DNA from: Bacteroidia bacterium
GTDB lineage: Bacteria > Bacteroidota > Bacteroidia > UKL13-3
Length of the DNA stretch: 64,000 bases
Direction of reading: 5' to 3'
Assembly: GCA_044239605.1 (NCBI GenBank)
Contig: JBIIBC010000003.1
Coordinates: forward strand, 154,287 to 218,286
Part shown: one piece after another, positions 30,231 to 41,100 of the stretch
Numbering within the stretch: the first letter of the stretch is position 1
How the letters are laid out: each line of letters begins with the position of its first letter
Notes under the pieces: generated by a model
What the model saw: the letters and a program-made list of their open reading frames with translations, nothing else
The model's database searches: none
Told to the model about the DNA's origin: nothing
Program-made: the position numbers and the translations under genes

Positions 30231-31358
30231 ATGAATACTGAACAAACAACAGAAATGTTACCTCAAACATCAGATTTCCTACCCTTACACGGAACTGATT
30301 TTATTGAATTATATGTAGGAAATGCCAAGCAAGCAGCCCATTTTTACAAAACAGCTTTTGGGTTTCAAAGTTTGGCTTATGCTGGCCCTGAAACAGGCAT
30401 TAAGGATAGAGTAAGTTATGTATTGATACAAAACAAAATGCGTTTAATGCTTACTACTCCCTTGCATTCTAATTCGCCAATTGCGGAGCACCATAAAAAA
30501 CATGGTGATGGTGTTAAAGTATTAGCTTTAATGGTTGATGATGCTTACGATGCATTTGAACAAACTACCAAACGAGGTGGTGTTTCATGTTTAGAACCAA
30601 AAACTTTAAGCGATGCAAATGGCGAAGTGCGCATGAGTGGTATAAAAACATATGGCGAAGTGGAACATTGGTTCATTGAGCGTAAAAATTACAATGGCGT
30701 ATTTATGCCTGGTTTTGTTAAGTGGGAAAGCGCTTATAATCCAGAGCCAACTGGTCTATTGTATGTTGACCATTGCGTAGGAAATGTAGATTGGAATCAA
30801 ATGAATCCTTGGGTTAGTTTCTACGAAAATGTAATGGGCTTTAAAAATATCCTTTCGTTTGATGATAACGATATCAGTACAGAATACTCTGCTTTAATGA
30901 GTAAAGTAATGAGTAATGGAAACGGATATGTTAAATTCCCTATTAATGAGCCTGCAGAAGGTAAAAAGAAAAGCCAAGTAGAAGAATATTTAGAGTTTTA
31001 CGAAGGTGAAGGTGTTCAACATATTGCAATTGCTACACTTGATATAGTTTCAACTGTAAAACAATTAATGGCTCGTGGTGTGGAGTTTTTAAAGGTACCA
31101 AGTAGCTACTACGATGATTTACTAGACCGTGTTGGTCCAATAGAAGAAGACATTGAACCATTAAAAGAATTAGGTATTTTGGTTGATAGAGATGATGAAG
31201 GTTATTTATTACAATTATTTACCAAACCGGTTGAAGATAGACCAACAATGTTTTATGAAATTATTCAACGTAAAGGTGCTAAAAGTTTTGGTAAAGGAAA
31301 CTTTAAAGCCTTATTTGAAGCCATAGAACGCGAGCAAGCAAACAGAGGTAACTTATAG
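30231..31358 (+). CDS. hppD: 4-hydroxyphenylpyruvate dioxygenase
   Basis: VGNAKQAA, HGDGVK, DHCVGNV, PINEPA, GVQHIA, GYLLQLFT, FGKGNFKALF. Confidence 0.97.
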   Translation: MNTEQTTEMLPQTSDFLPLHGTDFIELYVGNAKQAAHFYKTAFGFQSLAYAGPETGIKDRVSYVLIQNKMRLMLTTPLHSNSPIAEHHKKHGDGVKVLALMVDDAYDAFEQTTKRGGVSCLEPKTLSDANGEVRMSGIKTYGEVEHWFIERKNYNGVFMPGFVKWESAYNPEPTGLLYVDHCVGNVDWNQMNPWVSFYENVMGFKNILSFDDNDISTEYSALMSKVMSNGNGYVKFPINEPAEGKKKSQVEEYLEFYEGEGVQHIAIATLDIVSTVKQLMARGVEFLKVPSSYYDDLLDRVGPIEEDIEPLKELGILVDRDDEGYLLQLFTKPVEDRPTMFYEIIQRKGAKSFGKGNFKALFEAIEREQANRGNL

Positions 31359-31506
31359 TTGTCAGTTGATGGTTGTCAGTTGTTGGATATAAAATTTTAA
31401 AATCATAGTTTTATTTTAAATTATTAATAGTATTGTCTAACAACTGTCAACCATCACTTATTAAATATGCTATTCTATCAACTGTCAACTAACAACCATC
31501 AACTAA
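31358..31506 (+). repeat. ORF-less inverted heptamer-repeat cassette between hppD and the LOG gene
   Basis: GTTGTCA GTTGATG GTTGTCA GTTGTTG (31358-31385) versus CAACTGT CAACCAT (31441-31454) and CAACTGT CAACTAA CAACCAT CAACTAA (31479-31506). Confidence 0.85.
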
Positions 31507-31513
31507 AAAAAGT

Positions 31514-32281
31514 ATGGCAAAAAAGAGCATTCCAGAGTTAAGGGCTAAATATTCCAATAGTGAACGTAGGTTTTTAGAAGGTCCACGAAGCCGCAGAAGA
31601 GAATTTATATTTTCTTTTAAAGTTTTGTACGAATTTTTAAAAGGTTTTAGAGCTTTACATTTTGTAGGTCCTTGCGTAACTGTGTTTGGTAGTGCAAGGT
31701 TTAAAGAAGATCATTTTTACTACCAAGAAGCCATGAAAATGGGTGCTGAAATAAGTAAAATTGGCTTTACTGTTATGACTGGTGGAGGTCCTGGAATTAT
31801 GGAAGCTGCTAACCGCGGTGCTTTTGAAGCCAATGGACGTTCAGTGGGTTGTAATATTGTGCTGCCTCACGAACAATCAGAAAATCCTTATGTGCAAAAA
31901 TCAGTTGAGTTTAGGTATTTTTTTGTGCGTAAAACACTTTTGCTTAAATACTCATATGCTTTTGTAATAATGCCTGGCGGTTGGGGAACAATGGATGAAT
32001 TATTTGAGGCACTTACTTTAATTCAAACAGGTAAAATGGAGGAATTTCCAGTCATTATTTTTGGTAAAGAATATTGGAAAAACTTAATTGATTTAATTAA
32101 TGACATGATTGAAAAAGGAACTGTATCACCTGACGATTTAAGGCATTTATTAATTACCGATTCAGTTGATGAAAGCATGGAGTATTTAAAAAAATACAGC
32201 ATCGAAAAATTTAGTTTAAAGCACCGAAAAAGAGTTAAAGCAATGTCTTGGTTGGGTGAACTTATTAAATGGAAAAGGTAA
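31514..32281 (+). CDS. LOG family (TIGR00730) nucleotide phosphoribohydrolase
   Basis: VTVFGSAR, TGGGPGIMEAANRG, YFFVRK, PGGWGTMDELFE. Confidence 0.92.
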   Translation: MAKKSIPELRAKYSNSERRFLEGPRSRRREFIFSFKVLYEFLKGFRALHFVGPCVTVFGSARFKEDHFYYQEAMKMGAEISKIGFTVMTGGGPGIMEAANRGAFEANGRSVGCNIVLPHEQSENPYVQKSVEFRYFFVRKTLLLKYSYAFVIMPGGWGTMDELFEALTLIQTGKMEEFPVIIFGKEYWKNLIDLINDMIEKGTVSPDDLRHLLITDSVDESMEYLKKYSIEKFSLKHRKRVKAMSWLGELIKWKR

Positions 32282-32282
32282 A

Positions 32283-32642
32283 GTGTTAAAATTTATAACT
32301 AATAGAATTAAATCATTTGGCCCTGCATTGAAGGGCCTTTTTTGGTTATTTAAAAATGAAGGCAATGCCCAATTTCATTTAATAGCAACTATAGTTGTAG
32401 TAATAGCAGGATTTTATTTTAAAGTAACCTTATTTGAATGGATTTTATTATGCTTTGCAATAGGTTTGGTTATAACCGCTGAAGCCTTGAATACAGCTAT
32501 TGAAAAAACAATTGATTTATTGCATCCTCAAAAACATGAAAAAGCTGGTTTAGTTAAGGACCTAGCTGCGGCAAGTGTTTTAATTGCATCAATTTTAGCA
32601 ATTATTGTTGGTCTATTAGTTTTTATACAAAAACTTAACTAA
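32283..32642 (+). CDS. dgkA: Diacylglycerol/undecaprenol kinase (DgkA family)
   Basis: E.NAQFH, AEALNTAIEKTID, KDLAAASVL; GTG start at 32283 preferred. Confidence 0.88.
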   Translation: MLKFITNRIKSFGPALKGLFWLFKNEGNAQFHLIATIVVVIAGFYFKVTLFEWILLCFAIGLVITAEALNTAIEKTIDLLHPQKHEKAGLVKDLAAASVLIASILAIIVGLLVFIQKLN

Positions 32643-32845
32643 ATAATATACTTACTAATTTAGCAAAACCCAATGGGAACATATTTTAAGTGTCAAAAAA
32701 GTATGTCCTAAAATCTTAATATTCAAAAAAAGATTATTTTATTTTCGATGATTATAATTTAAGAGCTACAAAAAATTAATTTCATTCAAATGAGACCTTA
32801 ATAATTCAAAAAAAAAGCTCAAGTATTTAAACTCAAGCTTTTTTG

Positions 32846-32919
32846 TCGGGGTGGCAGGATTCGAACCTACGACCTCCACATCCCAAATGTGGCGCGATAC
32901 CAGGCTACGCTACACCCCG
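32846..32919 (-). tRNA. tRNA-Pro(TGG)
   Basis: CGGGGTGTAGCGTAGCCTGGTATCGCG CCACA-TTTGGGA-TGTGG AGGTCGTAGGTTCGAATCCTGCCACCCCGA. Confidence 0.95.
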
Positions 32920-32987
32920 TTTGCAAATTTTTCAAAAGTGCTAAATTTTTGAACTAAGCATTGCTACTCGCCCCCTAAAATTTTGTG

Positions 32988-33076
32988 CGGTGAGAGAGAG
33001 ATTCGAACTCTCGATACACTTTGACGCGTATGTCGGTTTAGCAAACCGGTGGTTTCAGCCGCTCACCCATCTCACC
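32988..33076 (-). tRNA. tRNA-Ser(GCT)
   Basis: GGTGAGATGGGTGAGCGGCTGAAACC..CGGT-TTGCTAA-ACCG, long variable arm, GAGAGTTCGAATCTCTC, TCTCACCG. Confidence 0.95.
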
Positions 33077-33098
33077 AAATGCTTTTTTAAAGGGAGTG

Positions 33099-33106
33099 CA
33101 AATGTA
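33099..33106 (-). promoter_or_regulatory. -7 promoter box of the tRNA-Ser/tRNA-Pro operon
   Basis: TACATTTG on the minus strand, about 22 nt upstream of tRNA-Ser. Confidence 0.6.
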
Positions 33107-33311
33107 GCAAACAAAACTATAATTCAAAATATTTTGGCGAATATTTTTATATTTATTTTTCATAGGTAAAAATAGGTTTTAAGTACACAAAATAAAGCTA
33201 TTGAATATTAATGTATTAGAGTAAGTATTCTGTAAAATTTAATATTCCTAATTTTTGAATAATAATATGCAATAAAAATGTTCGTTAATTAGCAAAAAAT
33301 AAATTGTAGTC

Positions 33312-35918
33312 ATGGCTAAGGATAAAGTTGTTCATTATAAATTTCGCGATTTGAAAATATTTGGTAGTACTGAATGGCTAGCGAACAATGAAAAGAAATA
33401 TAGGCAAGTGTATGATATGTCGGAGTGTACATTCATTTACTGTGAACTTTCGTTTTTCAATAAATTATTTGACGAAAAAGAATGGGATTTAAAAATTAGT
33501 TTAAAATGTGTAAAGCAAGAAGACGGTTCTGAAGTATGTACCTTATCAGCTGATAGAACTATAAAAAAAGACGAAAATATTGTTTATATTAGAGAAGGTT
33601 GGGGTGTAAAAACTCCCGGTACATACTGGAAAAAAGGTACATACCGCTGGGAGGCATGGATAGATGGCGTTTTTATTGCTGAAAAAGAGTTTTATATTGT
33701 AGATGTAGGTTTGGTTACTGAAACCGAAAATCCTTATTTTAATATTAAAACCAATAAATTGTATGAAGGAACTGAAGTTAATGTTCCAAAAGCTGAGCGC
33801 AATTATTTAAGCGCTTTCGATACCAAAGAAACTAGGTATGTTTGGCTAGAAATGATGGCCGAAAATTTGGTAACTACCGGTGAAAAATGGCCCTGCGAAT
33901 TAATATTTAATTTTAAAACACGTTCTGGTCAATTAAAAGGAACAGTGGAAAAGATATTTTTTGTTGATTCAGCTGAACCTGAATTTGAGTGTAGTATTGG
34001 TTGGGGAAGTGATGTAAAAGGTACTTGGGGTTTAGATTATTATACCATTGAAATTATTTTTATGGATCAATTGGTTGCTAGTATTTTATTTGACGTGGGC
34101 ACCGAATTTTTAATTGAACCAAAGGTTAAAGAAATAAAACCAAAAGTAAATAAGCTAATTGAAAAAAATGCATTAGTTGCACCTGCACCTGAAAATATTG
34201 AAGATATAATGAAGGAGCTTGATAACTTAATTGGGCTCGATTCAATAAAAAAGAAGGTTAAAGAATATACTACTTACCTTAATTTTTTGAAAATTAGGAA
34301 AGAAAAAGGCTTTGACGACTCGGAAAAAATTAACTTACATGCAGTTTTTACTGGAAACCCTGGTACTGGAAAAACCACAGTTGCCAAAATGTTAGGCAAA
34401 ATTTATAACCAACTTGGCTTGTTAAGTAAAGGCCATGTAATAGAGGCGGATAGAAGTGATTTAGTTGCAGAATATATTGGACAAACTGCACCAAAAACCA
34501 AAGAAATTATCAAACGTGCAAAAGGTGGAATTTTATTTATTGATGAAGCTTATGCACTGGCTCGTAAAAACGATGATAGTAAAGATTTTGGTAAAGAAGC
34601 CATTGAAATTTTGCTAAAAGAAATGAGCGATGGTGATGGCGACATAGCCATAATTGCTGCGGGTTATCCTGATGAAATGAATAATTTTTTAGAAAGTAAT
34701 CCGGGTATGCGAAGCAGGTTTCAAATGTTTTACGATTTTCCAGATTATTTGCCAAAAGAGTTATTAGCCATAGCTGATTATTCCACTCAAAAACGTGGTA
34801 TTCAATTTAACGAAGCATCAAAAGAATTGATTTTTAAAAAATTAGTGGATGCTTACCGCGATAGAGACCGTATGTTTGGAAATGCTAGGTATGTAAATAA
34901 TTTAATTGACGAATGTAAAATGAATATGGGTTTAAGATTAATGCAATCACCTAATCCTTATGAATTGAGCAATGATGTATTAAGCACTATTGAAACTGTT
35001 GATATTGATAAAGTTTTTGGAATCAAACATAAATCAATTACTGATATTCCGATTGATGAAGAATTATTAACAGCTTCGCTAAATGCATTGCATGGTTTAA
35101 TTGGCTTACAAACAGTTAAAACCGAAATTGATGAGTTGGTTAAATTAGTTCGTTTTTATCGAGAGATTGGTAAAGATGTTCGTCAATCGTTTTCGTTACA
35201 TACAGTATTTACTGGTAATCCAGGTACAGGAAAAACCACTGTTGCACGTATTTTAGCTCAAATTTATAAAGCTTTGGGTATTTTGGAACGTGGTAATTTG
35301 GTAGAATGTGATAGGCAAGATTTAGTAGGAGGTTTTGTGGGGCAAACTGCTTTAAAAACCACTGAAGTGCTTAACAAAGCAATGGGTGGCGTTTTATTTA
35401 TTGATGAAGCTTATGCCTTGAGTGAAGGCGGAGAAAACGATTTTGGTAAAGAAGCTGTTGAAACCATTTTGAAAAAAATGGAAGATTCGAGAGGTGACTT
35501 TATTGTAATTGTAGCTGGTTATACTGATAATATGAAACGCTTTTTAGAAAGCAATCCGGGCCTCAAGAGCAGGTTTGATCGCGAAATGCAGTTTGAAGAT
35601 TACGATGCTCCACAATTACACGATATTGCATTGAAAATGCTTTTAAACAACGGCATTAAACCAACCGATGAAGCATCAAGTCATATTAAACAGTTTTGCG
35701 AATTTTTATACAAAACCCGTAATAAGTTTTTTGGAAATGCACGTAGCGTGAGGAAGGTAGTAGAAGAAGCAATTAAAAACCAACATTTGCGTTTGGCAAA
35801 AACTGAAACTGAAAAACGCACCAAAGAAATGATTTACGAATTGGTACTTGAAGACGTGGAAGAATTTAAAGTTGATCCTAACTTTACAGAGGAGCGTAAA
35901 ACTATTGGATTTAAATAA
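33312..35918 (+). CDS. Double AAA+ ATPase (SpoVK/CbbX/EccA type) with duplicated N-terminal domain
   Basis: Two modules of H.VFTGNPGTGKTTVA / GG.LFIDEAYAL / FGKEA.E / IAAGY or VAGY / SNPG..SRF / FGNAR. Confidence 0.9.
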   Translation: MAKDKVVHYKFRDLKIFGSTEWLANNEKKYRQVYDMSECTFIYCELSFFNKLFDEKEWDLKISLKCVKQEDGSEVCTLSADRTIKKDENIVYIREGWGVKTPGTYWKKGTYRWEAWIDGVFIAEKEFYIVDVGLVTETENPYFNIKTNKLYEGTEVNVPKAERNYLSAFDTKETRYVWLEMMAENLVTTGEKWPCELIFNFKTRSGQLKGTVEKIFFVDSAEPEFECSIGWGSDVKGTWGLDYYTIEIIFMDQLVASILFDVGTEFLIEPKVKEIKPKVNKLIEKNALVAPAPENIEDIMKELDNLIGLDSIKKKVKEYTTYLNFLKIRKEKGFDDSEKINLHAVFTGNPGTGKTTVAKMLGKIYNQLGLLSKGHVIEADRSDLVAEYIGQTAPKTKEIIKRAKGGILFIDEAYALARKNDDSKDFGKEAIEILLKEMSDGDGDIAIIAAGYPDEMNNFLESNPGMRSRFQMFYDFPDYLPKELLAIADYSTQKRGIQFNEASKELIFKKLVDAYRDRDRMFGNARYVNNLIDECKMNMGLRLMQSPNPYELSNDVLSTIETVDIDKVFGIKHKSITDIPIDEELLTASLNALHGLIGLQTVKTEIDELVKLVRFYREIGKDVRQSFSLHTVFTGNPGTGKTTVARILAQIYKALGILERGNLVECDRQDLVGGFVGQTALKTTEVLNKAMGGVLFIDEAYALSEGGENDFGKEAVETILKKMEDSRGDFIVIVAGYTDNMKRFLESNPGLKSRFDREMQFEDYDAPQLHDIALKMLLNNGIKPTDEASSHIKQFCEFLYKTRNKFFGNARSVRKVVEEAIKNQHLRLAKTETEKRTKEMIYELVLEDVEEFKVDPNFTEERKTIGFK

Positions 35919-35921
35919 ATA

Positions 35922-35959
35922 TTAAATGGCTGTTCAACATAAACTGAACAGCCATTTAA
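35922..35959. terminator. Stem-loop between the convergent AAA and HIT genes
   Basis: TTAAATGGCTGTTCA...TGAACAGCCATTTAA. Confidence 0.75.
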
Positions 35960-35983
35960 AGTGATAATACAAACATAAAGTTC

Positions 35984-36376
35984 TTATATAAAAGTGTTTA
36001 TATAATTCGCAATCTTTTGCATTTCATCATCACTTAAGGTGAGTTTTTTATTTAAAAAATTCATATCGTTTACCTCATTTATTGGAATCAAATGAATGTG
36101 CACATGTGGCACTTCTAAACCAATAACAGTGACTCAAATCCGATTACATGTAATAGCCTTTTTCATAGCTATTGCTACTGACTTGGCAAATAAATGAAGG
36201 TGAGTGAACGTTTCCTCATCTAAATCAAAAATATAATCAACTTGTACCTTGGGAATAACCAAAACATGACCTTTTGCAAGTGGGCTTATATCTAAAAAAG
36301 CTAAAAAAGAGTCATTTTCAGCTACCTTGTAACAAGGAATTTGCCCTGCTACTATTTTAGAAAATATACTTTCCAT
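35984..36376 (-). pseudogene. HIT family nucleotide hydrolase interrupted by an in-frame TGA (36134-36136)
   Basis: MESIFSKIVAGQIP...GHVLVIPK...CNRI*VTVIGLEVPHVHIHLIP...NTFI*; the HxHxH motif lies after the stop. Confidence 0.85.
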
Positions 36377-36383
36377 ACAATGA

Positions 36384-36884
36384 CTAACTAAAAGAAATGG
36401 ATAATATTTCCAATTTAATTGTTCCTGCAGGAGCCGCAATTTCTGCTAATTCTCCTACTTTTTTTCCTATTAAACCAGCACCAATTGGTGACTTTACAGA
36501 TATTTTTCCAATTTTAAAATCTGCCTCATTTTCAGAAACAATAATATAAGTAAATTCTTTTTTAACATTATGATTCAATACAAGCACTTTACTGAGCAAC
36601 ATAACTTTACTATTATCTAATTTAGTTTCGTCTATAATTCTACTAATTGCTAAAAGTGATTCAACTTGAGAAATTTTGGTTTCTAAATGTCCTTGATCCT
36701 CCTTGGCAGCATGATATTCAGCATTTTCACTTAAATCACCTTTATCTCTTGCATCAGCAATTTGTTTTGAAATGAATGGACGTTGAACAAACTTTAAATC
36801 GTGAAGTTCTTTTTGCAATTTTTCGAAACCATCTTTCGATAAATAATTTAAAGCCGGAGTTGCCGACAATGTTTTTTTGGCCAT
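36384..36884 (-). CDS. greA: Transcription elongation factor GreA
   Basis: ARDKGDLSENAEYHAAKE, ISVKSPIGAGLIGK. Confidence 0.97.
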   Translation of the reverse strand: MAKKTLSATPALNYLSKDGFEKLQKELHDLKFVQRPFISKQIADARDKGDLSENAEYHAAKEDQGHLETKISQVESLLAISRIIDETKLDNSKVMLLSKVLVLNHNVKKEFTYIIVSENEADFKIGKISVKSPIGAGLIGKKVGELAEIAAPAGTIKLEILSISFS

Positions 36885-36915
36885 TTTATATTAGAAATTT
36901 GATACGTTTTATAAC

Positions 36916-36951
36916 AAAAAGAAACGTTCGGATTAATAACCCGAACGTTTC
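36916..36951 (-). terminator. Intrinsic terminator ending the TBDR-CTD-PorV operon
   Basis: AAAAAGAAACGTTCGG...CCGAACGTTTC. Confidence 0.8.
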
Positions 36952-36975
36952 AAATGATTAAACAAATATATGTAA

Positions 36976-38073
36976 TTAATTGTTATTTCCCAAGGCAAGT
37001 TTAAAGCCAATACTATGAATACCATTAAAAATAACTGTTGGCTGGTAAGCATAATCAATTGATAAAGCAGTTCCAGCATCGCTTATAGGTAAGTTAAATC
37101 CAACACCAAAACTTAAACCATACTGAGGAGTTCTGTAATCTGATGTGCTAAAATTACCTTCTTGATGAGCGTATGCAGTACGTAACATGAACATATTTTT
37201 AAATGCATATTCTGTTCCTAGTGAAACAATATTAGATGAAAAAGCATTATAATTAAAATTGCCGTTAACCGTTAATTTATGATCATAAGTTTCATCATTT
37301 TGATCTAATCTAAAATCATACGCTGCACCAATATTTGCTAAAGCAGGCATGTTGAAAGGCTGAGACCCAAATAATGTTTTGCGAGTAGCTCCTGTAGAGG
37401 TAACTGTTGTATTTGCTGTTAAACCAGTACCTTGATAAGCAAAATCTGGTCCTAAATTACGAACCGCAATTCCAAATCTAAAATCTTGCTTTTTAATTTT
37501 TTTAGCAGCATTTAATGAAGTTTGGTATTGAACACCGGCATCTAAAGTAATTCCACTTGCATTTACACTAGAGGTACCTTCACTAATATATCTTATTAAT
37601 AAACCACCTGTAATGGAATTTGAAAAAGTTTTTGAATAAGCTAAACCCATATTCAAAATCTGAGTAGAATATGTACCTAAGGTCATATCAGGTGCTTCTG
37701 TTGTAGTAATTGGAATGCTTCCAATATCCCAATAACTTAACGCCAAACCTAACACACCACCACTTCCATTCTCACCTAATGCTTGTGCTATACCAAAATT
37801 ATTTAAGTACATATCTGTCCCAACCAAATAACGTGTTTGCGATGCTTGGATTTCCATTTTCTTAACATATGCCAATCCTCCAATATTCAAATAATATGAT
37901 TCTAAACCGCGTGCAGAAGCGGTATTTGAATTTCCTAAACCTACACCTCTAACATAAGGATTTACTAGTAGTTGAGTTGCCCCAGCTCCTCCTGCCCTAT
38001 CGGGATTTCCTGCATTAGCAGTAGCCAACAATCCGAAACAGGCTACCAAACTTTGTAAAATATACTTCTTCAT
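36976..38073 (-). CDS. PorV/PorQ family outer-membrane beta-barrel
   Basis: GNPDRAGGAGATQLLVNPY.R..G, YYLNIGGLA, TTTEAPD.T.GTY, LDAGVQY, GTEYAF..MFMLR, IDYAY. Confidence 0.85.
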   Translation of the reverse strand: MKKYILQSLVACFGLLATANAGNPDRAGGAGATQLLVNPYVRGVGLGNSNTASARGLESYYLNIGGLAYVKKMEIQASQTRYLVGTDMYLNNFGIAQALGENGSGGVLGLALSYWDIGSIPITTTEAPDMTLGTYSTQILNMGLAYSKTFSNSITGGLLIRYISEGTSSVNASGITLDAGVQYQTSLNAAKKIKKQDFRFGIAVRNLGPDFAYQGTGLTANTTVTSTGATRKTLFGSQPFNMPALANIGAAYDFRLDQNDETYDHKLTVNGNFNYNAFSSNIVSLGTEYAFKNMFMLRTAYAHQEGNFSTSDYRTPQYGLSFGVGFNLPISDAGTALSIDYAYQPTVIFNGIHSIGFKLALGNNN

Positions 38074-38145
38074 ACGAGTAATTTATTTTAATATGATTTA
38101 TTAAATGTACCTTCAATACGAATGAAGGTACATTATATTATTTTT

Positions 38146-41100
38146 TTAGAATGAATCGAAATCTGCTGGACGCATTACACCAAACCATTTTATAATTCTT
38201 TCACCAATTCCTGGTGCTTCAATGTGAATTAAATATACACCACTCGAAATAGGAACATTGGCATCATTGCGTAAATCCCATTCGATGTAAGTTTTTGAAT
38301 CATCATCTTTAGGAATTCTTCTTACTAAGAACCCACTTTGTGTATAAATTGATACAATACATTTTTTAGGTGTGTTAATTATTTTAACTTTATTATCCAA
38401 TGCATTTCCTGGATCTTCATAACCACTGTAAGCATAATATGGATTGGGTGAAACGTTAAGCATATCCATTGCCTTATTTGCAGCTTTACTATTATTTATC
38501 TTAGGGGCTATACTATTAGTATTGAACTCATATAGAGGCTGACCACCGTTAACTAAAGGTGTGTCTACATTTGTAGTAAATTTAGCATAAGGACGCTTTA
38601 CACGGATTCTTACAGTAGCTTCATTAGGAACCAATCCATCAGCCATACTAAGTAAGTTAGAAGTTTGATTAATAACTGGAATTGTAACCCACATAAATTG
38701 TGATAAGAAATAACGTTTTTGCAATGTAGCTGGCTCCTCTGATGGAGTAGCAACATTTAACAATGTTTTATAAGTTGCACCTTCATCATATCTTGGACCA
38801 CGGAATAATACATTATTACCAACTTTTAATTCTTTTGCTCCCATAATATAAATGTGGTGCTTACCTCCAAAGGCAGGTATGTTTCCATTTGAGTTTCTAT
38901 CAAACCAATTTTTTGTAGGATTCCAAATCATATCATTACCATTTTCATCAGGTAACGATGAATCTTCACCAAAACAAATGTTTAATCTTTCACCTGTCTC
39001 AACATTAATTGCGTATCCAGGAAACCAGCTTAATCCAAAACTACCTGATTCAGGTTTACCATTTTTATCAACAGAGGCAGAAGCCCTAATATTACCTTTT
39101 GAAACATTACCGATATTTTGCTCTTTATTTTCTCCCATTTCCAATACAATACAACGAGTCCATTTAGACTTATCATTTGTAAAAACTACATCTACTCCTT
39201 GTAAAGACGATAATGGATTATCTTCAGATACTTGATTTGTATTTGGTGTTAAACTAAAACCAGGTCCATAAGAGGCTTGAACAGAGCCATTTTTAACGGC
39301 TTTGGCACATAATTCGAAAGGAGACCAAGTAGCACCAATCATATTGCTATATTGTTTTCTAGGATCAATTGCAACTTTACTACCGCTTATTGACCTAAAG
39401 AAATCATGTTCATTTAAGTTTGTAAATTCTGGTGTTCCTGTATTTCCTGATCTAATCCAATTAAAAGAAGGTAATGCTACAGACCCATCTGGTACACCGG
39501 ATAACCAAGGATTGGTTGCATCAGAAAAAGTCAAAGTTGCATCTACAAAGCCATTACTTAGATCTGAATTATTATTTGGATCTCCAGGAGCTGCTACTTG
39601 ATTAACACTAACAGAAAGACCCAATTCTTCAAAAATCTGCTCATTCTCTATCACTAAATTTCTTTTTCCTAAATACTTCACTCCAGTTTCGGTATTTATT
39701 ATATACCATTTAGAAGTAATTCTAGCCAAAGAATCAGTGATTTTTGTATTTACAGATGAATCGTTAATAAACAACCTAAAATTAGCCAAAGGAACTTTGA
39801 AAGGATTAATTACTTTGATTGTAACAGGTCCTTGTCCCTCTATATATTTTGGCTTTCTAGAATAATACGGTGCAGATAATGCTTCTTCAATGGTTTGTTT
39901 AGATAAATTAATGAAATTACCTGCATTACCAATGCCTTCAATTTTGGTTAGTGCCGGCCCACTTGAAAAATTAGAGTTTAATTCAGTGCCTTGCTGATGT
40001 CCAAATGGTAAATGAGGGGTAGCTGAAATAATTACTGGTTTAGAACCCGCTAAATATTGCAATGCCTCTTGTGGACAATTACCAACTGCTGCATAAGGAA
40101 TAATTAAATAATGATAATTTTTGTAGTTAACCAGTGTTTGATCTGACTCTACTGAGAACAAATCTCTAGTAATTTGAAAAGAGTGACGAACTCCTTTATC
40201 TTCACCGCTAACCATTATTTTTTTAACATTACCCAAATCAGCATCATTTACTGTATTTACAATAAAACCAATACCATCTTGAATATCACACTGAGCTACT
40301 AATCTAATCTGATCTCTGTCAGAAAAATCACTTGGAGTAGCAGGCACTTTTAATTGAAAAATTTGATACCCTTGAAATTTATACTGAGTAGAATCGGCAC
40401 ACAATCCAGCTACTTTTGCAGAAAATGATTCAGGCTTATCAGGATTTATAATATTAAGAATTAATTCTCTATTCAATTCAGTAATTTTTACTGAATTATC
40501 TTCAAATTCCGGTCCTCTCAGTATTTTAAAATTATTTTTAAATAATACAGTTGCCTTATCGCTTGCTTCTTTTAATAAATTAAATGAACCAGTAGCACCA
40601 CCAGTGGTTGCACGTGCCCAAACTACACCTATTGTTACTCTGTTTACAGCACCCGGTAATAATATAAAAGAACCTGCTGTTTGTAAAAACCTTCTATCTG
40701 CTGGTGTATTTCCTGATGTTCTTTCAGTCCACAATGCTCTTCCAGAAGGATCTGTTGCTCCTGGAAACATATAACTTGCAGTATCAGAGCCGCCTCTACC
40801 ATTGCCACCATAAGTAATATTTTGTCCATCTTTCCAACGACCATTTAAATAATTCCAAAAATGAGATGGAAGGCTTGGATTACCTTGTTGAGATTGGTTA
40901 TTATCGTAATAAACAAATTTTGTTAAACCTATTTGTTTACCCTTTTCATCTAATGGACCTTCAAAAAAGTTAACACCTATGCTAGGTGGATTTAATCCAT
41001 AACCTAATATACCTTCATCATTATCATCACCATTATAACAAATACCTAAATTACGCTTAACATCACATTCTACATAATCATCCGAATAATTTCCTAAATC

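Noticed and set aside
27557-31506. CRISPR array or DGR interpretation of the repeat tracts and Avd-like genes
   Set aside because: The units are 7-8 nt with no unique spacers and no cas genes. No reverse transcriptase or TR/VR pair differing at adenines was seen in this window.
32643-33311. Integrative element at the tRNA-Pro/tRNA-Ser locus
   Set aside because: No integrase and no duplicated tRNA 3' end was seen in the window.
36134-36136. Alternative genetic code (UGA=Gly or Trp) or selenocysteine
   Set aside because: It is the only internal TGA, TGA terminates the NlpC/P60 gene, Trp is encoded by TGG throughout, and the expected residue is Gly rather than Cys.
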